DNA of 45,555 bases, taken from assembly GCA_001724265.1 (NCBI GenBank), contig MEDY01000300.1, positions 1 through 45,555 on the forward strand. Direction: 5' to 3'. The notes beneath the pieces were generated by a model. That model was not told the origin of the DNA. It saw nothing but the letters and a program-made list of their open reading frames with translations, and ran no database searches. The translations under genes and the position numbers were made by a program. Below, one piece after another: positions 24,792-35,400 of this stretch (position 1 is its first letter; each line of letters opens with the position of its first letter). Origin of the DNA: Rhizaria sp. SCN 62-66 (taxonomy: Eukaryota).

Positions 24792-25757
24792 ATGAGCACC
24801 AATCACTAGCTTTCAGTACGTTTATCTGCTACATCCCGTATCTATACGCCTTTTTCATTCCCCTATGCACCGCTGGCTCACTCCATCACTAGCTATCCTT
24901 CCCCCTTGTGCCGTCCTGTCGCGGCCGCCGCAGAGGCCGACGCTGACGTCGGACGACGTCCAGAAGCGCGGGTACCTTACGAAGCAGGGCCGCGTGGTCA
25001 AGAGCTGGAAGAAGCGTTACTTCGTCATCCGCAACGGCTCGCTCTTCTACTACAAGTCCCCGGAGGTGCGTCTGCTGTCCACGATGACATATCTTTCAAT
25101 GGCTTCATAACAACGAAACTATTACATATGAAGATACAACTCTATTAAAATTGAAATATCTCGTGATTTAATTAGCTCCTCGAATTTGTTTCTCACTCCG
25201 TACTCATTTGTGTCATATATCTCTCTTTTCTCTAATCCTCGTCTGATTCTCCCTTTGGGTCTGCGTCTTCTGCGTCTGCATCTCCTGCGTCTGCGCAGGA
25301 CATGGTTCCCCTGGGCCAGATGACGCTGTTCCGCGCGCGCTGCGAGTTTGCGCCGGCGGTCGAGGCGGGCAGCATGCAGCAGCTCTCTGTGTCGACACCG
25401 GACCGCGAGCTGCTGCTGCAGAGCGCGGACGTGGCTGACCTGCGCGAGTGGGCAATGGTGATCCAGAAGGTCGCCATCCTCGAGACGCGCGCCAAGGGCA
25501 CCTGCCCGCCCCTCACACTCGACAACGGCAACGGCGCGGGCGCGGGCGCGGGCAACAGACTGCCCGACAAGACGCGCTACGACTACGACGACAGCGGCGA
25601 TGACTGCGGCGATAGCAGCGGCGATGCCAGTCACAACAAGGCTGCCAAAGCAGCTGCTGCTGATGCTGATGCGAGTGCTGCTGTTGCTGCTATTGGTGCT
25701 GATTTGGTGACTCCGGTCGCGCGCGTCACTGACGCCCACGACGAGGAGGACGAGTGA
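24792..25757 (+). CDS. Small PH-domain protein, 3 exons, about 204 aa; codon 6 is an in-frame TAG
   Basis: Exons 24792-24815 (ATG AGC ACC AAT CAC TAG CTT TCA|GTACGT), 24934-25065 and 25299-25757. PH motifs KRGYLTKQGRVVKSWKKRYFVIRNGSLFYYK and ELLLQSADVADLREWAMVI. Stop TGA. Confidence 0.85.
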
Positions 25758-26093
25758 GGCAGACGACTCTGACGTTGAACAGCAATTCAACATCTCATGT
25801 TGCTGCTGCTGCGTGCATGTGCTCTCTCTGCTGTGTTGGCAGTTTTATCAGTGCAAAATTCTGCGACAAATCAAGCCACGCAGGCCCTTTCACTCTCTCT
25901 ACGACAGGTCATTATCAGTTACTACTCATACAAACACGAACCTAAGACTATAAGATCGGCTGGAAACAAAAGATATCGGACGCAATGTATTCCTCTTGTT
26001 TGAGTGTCTGCAACTAAATAACAATAATCTATTATAAACCGTATATAACAATATCTCGACTTTAAAACTTAGTCTCGCTCGCGGCAGCTCAGC

Positions 26094-27209
26094 TCAGAAG
26101 GGCCAGAGCCTGCCGTCGAAGGTCTCAATGCCCCGCGGCAGCGTGTCCGCGCGCGCGCGCTTGGCGGCCTCGAGCATGCCCGCAACGGACTCGGCGGCCC
26201 GCAGCGGCGGCCGCGCGCCGGGGTTCCTGCAGCCCATGTCTGTGGCGACCCAGCCCGGGTGCAGCGCGAGGACTGCGGCGCCGGGCAGCTCGGCGGCGGC
26301 GGAGCGCGCGGCCGACCCCAGCGCGGCCTTGGCGGCGCGATACCCCGGCGCGAGCGCGTTCGCGGCCGCGCACACCGAGCCCAGCACCGAGGTCACGAAG
26401 ACCACGCGCACGGCCGTCGCGGCCGCCGCGGCGCGGGCCTCCGGGGACAGCGGCGCGGGGGGGCCCGCGGCCTGCGAGGCGGCCACGGCCGAGGCCTGCC
26501 GCTGCGCCAACGCTGTGATAGATGCGGGCGGGAGGAAGCCGTCGCAATTCCAGTCGGACTCGACGCCCAGCGGCGCCTCCAGAGGCCGCGAAGCGTTGTT
26601 GCTATTCTTGTTCGCAATGGCGGCGGCGGCGATGGTGCGTTTGAGGAGCGGCATGAGGGCGGAAGTGAGCAGCAAGGGCGCTACGGCGTTGACGTTCAGC
26701 ACGCGCAGCAGGTCCTCGCGCGTCGCGTTGGCCACGGACGGCGCGTCGCGCTGCTCGACGATGCCCGCGTTGTTGACCAGCAGGTCGAGCCGGCCGTAGC
26801 GCGCGCCCAGCTCCGCCGCGGCCGCCGCGATGTCCGCGTCCGACTCGACGTCCAGCTGCAGTACGACCACGCGCACGCGGCCGCCCGCGTGCGCCGCCAG
26901 CGCGGCCAGCTCCGTCGCCGCCGCGGGGTTCCGGCAGCCGGCGACGATGACGACGCCGTTGCCGTTGTCCTTGTCCTTGTCGTCGTTGCTGTCATTTGTG
27001 ATGCTCAGGGGAGCGAGCGGCGCGGGCAGCTCCAGCTCCGCGGTCTCGGCGCCGGACGCGTCGAGCACGTAGCCGAAAGGGCGGCGCAGATCGGCGGGCG
27101 TGCCAAAAGCGAGCTGGCGCACGAACTCGAGCCCCAGGCCGCGCGAGGCGCCAGTGACGAGAGCGACGTAGGCGTGCGAGTCGACAGGCGCGAAGCCGGC
27201 CTCTTCCAT
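26094..27209 (-). CDS. Short-chain dehydrogenase/reductase, CsgA (C-factor)/Sniffer-like, single exon, 371 aa
   Basis: TGASRGLG Rossmann motif, LDLLVNNAG, catalytic YRAAK, LHPGWVATDMG, C-terminal DGRLWPF. Stop TGA. Confidence 0.92.
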   Translation of the reverse strand: MEEAGFAPVDSHAYVALVTGASRGLGLEFVRQLAFGTPADLRRPFGYVLDASGAETAELELPAPLAPLSITNDSNDDKDKDNGNGVVIVAGCRNPAAATELAALAAHAGGRVRVVVLQLDVESDADIAAAAAELGARYGRLDLLVNNAGIVEQRDAPSVANATREDLLRVLNVNAVAPLLLTSALMPLLKRTIAAAAIANKNSNNASRPLEAPLGVESDWNCDGFLPPASITALAQRQASAVAASQAAGPPAPLSPEARAAAAATAVRVVFVTSVLGSVCAAANALAPGYRAAKAALGSAARSAAAELPGAAVLALHPGWVATDMGCRNPGARPPLRAAESVAGMLEAAKRARADTLPRGIETFDGRLWPF

Positions 27210-27941
27210 GCTGCGCCGGGCGGGTTAACCACAAGCATAAGTCGTGAAAAAGAGTGAGTAGTTAGAATACGTGATTTAAATTTCCATTTTAAGCTAAATA
27301 CTCCAATTGACGATGGCGTGTCTTCTCACCAAGGTGTGCAAAGACGACGACTGTGGTGTCCCCAAATGACCGTGGGCGTCGCGATTCTTGTCCGGCTGTG
27401 ATGGCTCTCCGCTTGGGGGAAAGGTTCAATATTCTCGAAACCGTTGCTTGTACGCACATTACTGTGAGATATTATTGGGAAGTTTTGTTTACAAGGTGTG
27501 TGTGTATTTTCTTCCTAAGTCTGGGCCCTCCTGTCGTTCATCTTCGTGCATACCGATACTTTTTAAGCCGAGCTGTCCGTCCAATAAGTGACGGCAGGGC
27601 TTCCGAATCTCGCCTGCCTCGCCCCCCTGACACCCCGCGTCCTGCACCGCAAGCCTTCGGACCCCGCTGCCATGTTCTCTTATTTGCTCATCTATCCCTT
27701 GCTCACACCACCCCGCCCCGCCCTGCTCCCCTGCGCCGCCCGCCCGACCCAGTGCGCCGGAACCCCCCGCGCCCCCCGAGCGCTGGCCCCGCCCCCGACT
27801 CCCGCGAGGGCTCTTTCCCGACGCCGACCGTTATCTGCCCGCACTTGCCGCCCGCGCCGCGCCCGCCGCCCCGCGTTCTTATCTCTGCGAGCAGCGCCTG
27901 TCGCCCGCTGACGCTCAGTCCCGGTTTCCCGCTGCAGCGAG

Positions 27942-28703
27942 ATGCAAAACGACCCCAACCGCCCTCCGCAGGGAGGAGCAGGCAACGATGCAAACACGAA
28001 CGCCAATGCCGGATCCGGCTCTGCCGCCGGCTGGCCGCCGCCTGCGAGCGGCCACGGCCATAACAACAACAACGCTGGCTCGATGCATCACAATGCACAC
28101 AGCAACAACAACGTGAACAATGCCCAGCCCCATCCCCATTAGCAGCGGCAGCAGCAGCAGCATCCTCAGTCGCGGAGCAACAACAACCCCGCTTCGTATG
28201 CGCAAAGCAACAACCACCACAACAACAGCTCATCTCTCTCATCCTCTCACTCTCATCAGCACCAACACCAACACCATCAGCACCAACACCAACATCACCA
28301 GCACCAACATCATCAACACCAGCAGTAGCACCAGCAGCACGCCTTCTCGGCCAACACCTCGGCGGCGGCCGCGCTGGACGCGATGCCCGACGGGCTGCCC
28401 AGCAGCGTGCCCAAGCGTTCCCGCTTCGGTTCGCGCCGTTCCGACCCCGCCGCGGCCGCCGCCGACGAGGAGGAGGCGCTCCTCGGCGCCCCCAACGTCA
28501 CCGGGGGGCGGGCCGGCCAGCAGCCGGGAGGGCCGCTGGGCTCGGGCGCTGCGCTCACGGCGGCGGCGCTGGCGGCGCAGAGCGAGAAGGCCCTCGCCGC
28601 CGCGCGCGTGCAGCAGATGCTCGTCGCGCAACAGCAGCAGCAGGCGCAACAACAGCAGCAGCAGCCGTTCCACGCCCCTGCGCTCCGGGGCAACAACAAC
28701 GCG

Positions 28704-28735
<32 letters not shown>

Positions 28736-29144
28736 GGCGCTGTTAAGCCAGCCGGCACGGTTTGTCCGGGAACCCGTCCGTGAGGAGGAAGAGGACGATG
28801 ACGACGACTACAACAACAACAACAACAACAACAACAGCAACAGCAGCAACGGCGGCGGCAGCCGCGGCGGCAGCGACGCCGGGCTCAGCGACGAGCATGC
28901 GGCGCTGGAGCGCGAGGTGGCCGAGGCGCAGCGCGCCGCGGAGGCCGCCCTCGCGCGCGCCGCGGCGGCGCAGGCCGAGGCGCGCGCGCAGGCGGCCGCG
29001 GCCGCGGCGCAAGAGGCCGCCGCCAGGGCCAAGGTCGCCGCTCTCGAGGAGGCCAGGGCGCGCGCGCGCAGGGCGCAGGAGCAGCAACAGCAACAGCAAC
29101 AGCAGCAACAACAACAACACCAACAACAACAACAAGCAGCACAA

Positions 29145-29178
<34 letters not shown>

Positions 29179-29650
29179 AGCCTCAACCTCCCGGCGACAG
29201 CAACGCTGCCGCCGCCGCCGCCGCGCCCGGGAACCCGCTTGACGACCCGCGCGTGGACAAAGAGGTGGTGATGCTAGCGAGCCGCTACTTCCGCGTGACG
29301 CGCTTCCTGGGGTCCGGCTCCTACGGCTCGGTGCTCTTGGCCGAGTGCCTCCGCACGGGGCTCCCGGTCGCTATCAAGCGCGTCAGCAACGTCTTCACCA
29401 ACGTCACCACGGCCAAGCGGCTGCTGCGCGAGGTCCGCATCCTGCGCCTGCTCGAGCACCAGAACATCATCGGCTTCCGCGGCGTCCTGGCGCCGACCGA
29501 CATCAACAGCTTCGACTCGCTGTGCCTCGTCTTCGAGTTCATCGACACCGACATGCAGCGCCTGATCCACTCGAACCAGTACTTCACCAACCTGCACGTC
29601 AAGTACTTCCTGTACCAGGTGCTGTGTGGGCTGCGCTACACGCACTCGCA

Positions 29651-29687
<37 letters not shown>

Positions 29688-31165
29688 CTTGTCAACGCCG
29701 ACTGCTCGCTGCGCATCTGCGACTTTGGGCTCGCGCGCTCCACGCTCACCGACCCCTCCGAGTTCGCGCCCCAGGGCAACGAGCAAGAGACTGCCGTCGG
29801 TGTCGGCTTCGAGCCCGGCTCCGCGGCCGCAGCAGCAGCAGCCGCAACATCAGGCTCAACAGCAGGCACAGACACTGGCTCAGCGGCGGCGGCGGCGGCG
29901 GCGGCGGCTGCTGGAGTGGGCCAGGTCAAGCGCAAGGGCCGCAAACACCTGACGCGGCACGTGGTGACGCGCTGGTACCGCGCGCCCGAGCTCATCCTGC
30001 TCGTCAACGAGTACTCGTCGCAGATCGACATGTGGGCTGCGGGCTGCATCCTGGGCGAGCTGCTGACGATGCTCAAGGACGTGGTGCCGAACCCCCGACA
30101 CCGCGTGGCCATGTTCCCGGGCCGCTCCTGCTTCCCGCTCTCGGCCGACAACCCGCTGGCGTACACGGACCGGCTGGACCAGCTCAACGTCATCTTCGAC
30201 GTCATCGGCACGCCCTCGGCCGCGGACATCGCTAACGTGCCGCTCGACAAGGCGCGCAACTACCTCTCCTCGCTGCGCGCCAAGCCGCCGATTGACTGGG
30301 CGGAGCGCTTTCCCAACGCGGACCCGCAGGCGTTGGACTTGCTCTCGCGCCTGCTCAGCTTCGACCCCGCGAAGCGGCCCTCCGCGGCCGAGGCCATCGC
30401 GCACCCATACCTCTCTGAGGTGCGCTCCGCCGCGCAGGACGCCGAGGCCGCCACCGGGGCCGGCAACGGCGCGGGCGGTGGCGTGGGCGGCGGCGTGGGG
30501 GTGCTGGCGACGACGCCGGGCGCGGTGTCGCTGCCGGCGGACCAGCACCGGCTGTACTTCGAGTTCGAGGACCGCGCGATGGACATGGCGATGCTGCGCG
30601 CGATGATCGTCGAGCAGGTGCTCATCGACAACCCCGACGCGGCGGCCAACTACCACGTCACGGGCGAGTTCAGGGACATCGTCGCCGAGCGCAGGAAGCT
30701 CGCCGCAGAGCACCCGGGCTCCTACGCGCCCGAGGCCATCGCCTTCCTCGAGGGGCTCGACGCCGCGGCCGCGGTCGCGCTGCTGCGCACGCCCGGCACG
30801 AACCTGCGCGCGCGCGTCGCCGTGGTCGAGGCCGCCCACCAGGCGCGCGAGTCGGCCGCGGCCGCCGCGGCAAAGGCCGGCGGCGCGGGCATCGAGATGA
30901 GCGACCTCATCGCGCCCAACGACTCTAACGGCAACGGTAACGGCGTTGGCAACGGAAGCGGCGGCCTTGGCGACGGCAACGGCAGCGGCAACAACAATGG
31001 CAGCGGCGGCAACAGCTTTGCGGACGGCGACGGCGGTTCGACCGGCGACGGCAGCAACAGCAACGGAGGACACTCGCAGTTCCGCGCGCGCGCACCTCTT
31101 TTCACCTCGCCGCGTCAGCAGGACCCCGCTTCCTTGCAGCAGCAACAACAACAGCAACAGCAACA

Positions 31166-31204
<39 letters not shown>

Positions 31205-31430
31205 CGAGCAGCAACAGCGCGAGCAACAGCAGCGTGAGCAGCAGCTGCTCCAGCAGCAATAGCAGCAACAGAAGGAGCAGGAGCAGAAGAACGATGCCAG
31301 GCTCTCATCTAACAACAACACCAACAACAACAACAACAACAACAACATTAACAGCAGCAACAACAATAACAGCAGCAGCAACAACTTTACGAGCAGTTAC
31401 AATAAGGGCGGCAGGTTCCGCACTAAGTAA
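27942..31430 (+). CDS. Atypical MAP kinase (TxH activation motif) with Q/N/H-rich extensions, about 1162 aa when three in-frame TAGs are read through
   Basis: Kinase motifs GSGSYG, VAIKR, KRLLREVRIL, HRDLKPAN, DFGLAR, TRHVVTRWYRAPE, FPGRSCFPLS and DQLNVIFDVIGTP. ORFs 27942-28142 and 28383-31262 share one frame, joined across TAGs at 28140 and 28326. After TAG 31260 the frame continues QQQKEQEQKNDARLSSNNN...GGRFRTK to TAA at 31428-31430. Confidence 0.9.
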
Positions 31431-31768
31431 AGTACTCGCTTTACTGCACTGGCACTACCCAAATCAGTCTTGAACGTTCACTACTATCTTTTATCATATT
31501 TTTACCTTTCGTTTTCCGTGTCATTTTTCTTGTTCACTTTGTGCATTTTTCACACCACTTCATCTTGCTTAACGACGTTGACTGATTGTGGACTGTTTCC
31601 CGCGTTGACGTTTTGATATCAAACGCACTCATTAATACATTTGTTCTTAGACAATCAGTTCCGCATATGTTAGTCGTTTGCATCCGAATATCTCATGGAT
31701 ATCCATCGTCTCCTTTCTGTTTCCTGATCAAGACAAAATGAGAGCGAGTAATATTGCTAAGTCCGGGT

Positions 31769-32185
31769 TTTAAAAAACTATAATAAATGATACAGTGTTA
31801 AAAATTAATGAATACTTAATAATATTTATATAATATATTATACACAAATTTTGATATGTTCTCCTAATTTATAATGTTTTAACAGCAATAAATTGCTCAA
31901 TAATTGTATTTAAATATTAAATAGTTTTTAATTGTTTTAAATAATCTAGATTAATAGTTTACAAAAACTAGAGTAGATTTGTGATTAGTCCGTCTTTTAA
32001 CAAGAATATCTTTAAATTAATCAAAAATACTTCGCAACATATAAATAATATTAATAAATTATTTAAAATAACTTTTATGAAGTATAATAGGTATATAAGA
32101 ATAAATTATTGCAAATAAGTTATAATAACATAAAATAATGTAAATCAAGTTATTATATTAAATTATTTATTTAAACGTAATTAAT
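31769..32185. other. Extremely AT-rich non-coding island between two convergent genes
   Basis: Almost entirely A/T runs, far more AT-rich than the other spacers; no ORF in the track. Confidence 0.7.
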
Positions 32186-32475
32186 ACAGAGGTCCAAAGC
32201 TATGTTGACTGATTTGTTATCTGGATTTCAATGTTCTGCTGCATTTCAAGGGATATTGGACGATGCATTGGCAAAATGCAATTTAAAAGCAATACATTCG
32301 TTTAAATTAACGATATCGTTGTAGATTTATGTCTACATGTGCCAGAATATCCAAGAATATATGTTCATTTGCGTCTCCACAAGTTGCGACTGTGTCAAGC
32401 AGAGATGATTGAAGTGGGAGAAGAAAGAGAAGGTATTGTATTGAATACAGAATTTGCTAAGTAAACAGTTGTTAT

Positions 32476-35400
32476 TTACGTGCGTGTGGCGCGCCCGATA
32501 ATTCCTGGCGCGGTTTCGTGGTGACCCATAGGCTCGATGCCTGCAGGATCGACAGGCCAGCCATGCAGCCCAAGTACCACGACACGGTCATCGTCCTTCG
32601 TCAGTCCTGCGCGGTTACCAGCATCACCAGCAGTAGCTCCATCTCCGCGGTTAATGTTTGCGCCGTTGCCGCCATTGCCGTCACCATAGTCGTCGTCATC
32701 ATCATCGTCATCATCATCGTTACCGTTCAGCGAGCCTCCACTGCGACGCCGGCGGTCGTGCAGCGCCAGTTCGTGCGCCTCAGTGACGCCACCAAACTCA
32801 ATCATGCCCGGAGCCTTATCGAGCACGATACGAAAGCCCGGGGGCAGCGCGGCTGCGATTTGCTCCACGCGACGCACGGCCCGCGCCCCGCCGATGCGCC
32901 GCACCACCTGCACGGCGTCCAGCGTGCCCGCGCGACGGCCTGCCTTGGCGGCCCACGCCGCGCGCAGCTCTTCCTCCGCGCGCGCGCTCGGGATCGCCGT
33001 CTCGGTGTTGTCCGCGAAGAGTGGCGACAAGTCTTCGCCCCACGCCGCGGCGGCCTCGCGCAACCACGTCCGCGCCTGCGCGCGCTGCGCACCAGTCAGC
33101 TCGCGCCCGTCCGCCGTGAGTCCGGCGACGGCGGCGCCGCCAGCACCAGCACCAGCGCCCGCGAGAAGCGCGTCTGCAGCTGCGGCCAGGTCGACCTCGC
33201 CAGTGAGCGGATCCACAGCCGCGAGCGCGAGGTCGGCGGCGCCCGGCTCGCGCTTGAGCGGGCGCGTCATGATGGCGTCGTTGACCTGCGCCAGACACTG
33301 CTTGAGCAGCGCCCACGCTGGCAGCACGGCGGGCCCCGGCGGCAGCAGCGCGTAGGCGTTGAGGTCGCGCACGGCCGCCTCGAGAAGCGGGACGCCGCGG
33401 AAGAAGCTGCGCGCCAGGAACGCCAGCTGCGCCGTCACGATGGGTACCAGCGCGCGCCACGTCTCGGAGAAGGTCTCGGCCGAGAGCGCCACCCACGCGC
33501 TCGCGGCCTCGGCCTCGGCCTCCAGGTCCGCCGCGCTGGGGCCCGCCGCCGCGGCCGCCGCAGCCGCGCGCGCGGTCGCAGCGCCGCCGTTGGCACTGGC
33601 ACTGCCATTGCCGAGCACTGCGCCTGCGCTGAAGTCGCCGCCGTCGGCGCCTGAGCCCGCGACCGCGTCGCCGCCGCGGCCGCCGCCGCCAGACCCGCCC
33701 GCGGCGCCCGCGGCCGCCGCGGCGGCAGCAGCAGCGGCCGCGGAGGCCTGCGCGACCTGCGCGGAGGCGGCGGAGACGGCGTGCTGCGCGGCGACGAGGC
33801 GCTCCTGCAGCTGCAGAGGGACAGGCAGCGGCACGTCGTGCGTCGTCACGTGCGGCTCGGCGCGCGCGGCGCGCGGCGGGCGCGCGGCGAAGGCGTAGTT
33901 GTGGGCGACGGCGAGGAATCCGCGATAGGGCAGCAGCTGCGCGGCTTCGGAGCCGGAGAGCACGAGCCCCTCGTAAAAGAGCACATAAGTCTCCAGGTCA
34001 TCAAACCAGGGACAGAAAGAGCGCAGCACGGCCACAAACTGGTCCGCCGAGAGCGCGCCGCGGCCTGCGACGTCGCCCAGGCGGAACATGGCCTGCAGCC
34101 GCGGCGTCGACGTTGCGCGCTCCGGCTCCGACAGGTGCATGCAGGCCACGAGAAACACGTCCATGTCCACAAAGCGGCCCTTCTGCTGCTGTTGCTGTTG
34201 CTGTAGCTGCTGCGCCTGCAGCAGATGCGCCGCGCCGCCGCCCTGCACCTGCGCCTGCGCGGCGGCCGCGGCGGCTGCAGCCGCTGCCGCGGCGGCGGCG
34301 GGCCCGCCCTGCGCGAGCAGCGCAGCCGTCGCGGACGCGGACGCGCCCTCAGCGGCGGCGGCGGCGGCCTCAGCGGCGGCCGCGGTGGGTGGCAGGATAA
34401 GCCGCTCGAGACGCTTGAGGTAGCCGGCGACGATGGTGGCGGGCAGCGCGCGGAAGAGCTCCTTGGCCGTCTCGCAGGCAACGGCAAAGGTGACGTGGAC
34501 GGCGCCCGACTCGAGCTCGACGCGCGCGCCGCGGCGGGCCTCGAGCAGGCGGCGCAGTACACGGTATGCCGCCAGGTACAGCTCCAGGTTGCGCTGCGAG
34601 AGGCGCGGCGAGAAGAGCCCCGTGAAGCGCGCGAAGGTCTGCACGCGCAGCGCCGAGGCATGGCGCGAGCGCATCGAGTCGATGAGCTCGTGCAGATACA
34701 CCTCGGCCAGCTTGGCGAGCCCGTAGCGGTGCTTGAACAGGTCCGCGACAAAGTGCGCGAGCGGCACGCGCGCGGCCTGCTTCTGCGCGGCCTCGAGCGC
34801 GAGCCGCTCGTCGTAGAGCTGGAACAGCACGCGCATCACGGCGCGCCGCGGCAGGTGCCGCAGCGTGCGCGCCTCGGGCGCGGGGAACGTCATCGTCGGC
34901 GCGAAGTCGCCCAGGAAGCCCTGCGGACCGAAGTTCAGCATCTGCGGCGCCGCTGCAGCGCTGCTGTGCTGCGATTGCGCGTCGCCACCGTTGCTGTTGC
35001 TATGATTCATGGACAGCGAGCCGGGCGCGGAAGCAGCAGCCAGCGCGGCTGCAGACGCATCGAGGCCCATATTACTGCTATTGCCACCACTACTATTACC
35101 GATACCAGTGTTGGCGTTGTTGCTGGTGCTGTTGTTGTTGTTATTGGCAGCGCGCGAGCGGGCAGTCAAAGCACCGTTGTTGCCGCTATTATTGTTGCCA
35201 GGACCACTATTGTTGCCATTATTGCCATTATTGCTCGCATCCGTGATCATCGCAGCTGGCGCCGCGTTCGCACCCGCACTCCCACTCGCATTAGCTGAAG
35301 CCACAGCCGCCGCCGCCGCCGCTGCCGCCGCCGCCGCCGAGGGCGAGAGGACCGAGAGCGCGGGGGGCAGCACGGGCGCGGCGCCGCCGCCGACGCCCCT

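Noticed and set aside
8133-31262. Interpreting the TAG-containing genes as pseudogenes or sequencing errors
   Set aside because: There are no frameshifts or in-frame TAA/TGA, catalytic motifs are intact, only TAG is involved across three genes, and no gene ends in TAG. This is disfavoured but not formally excluded without reads.
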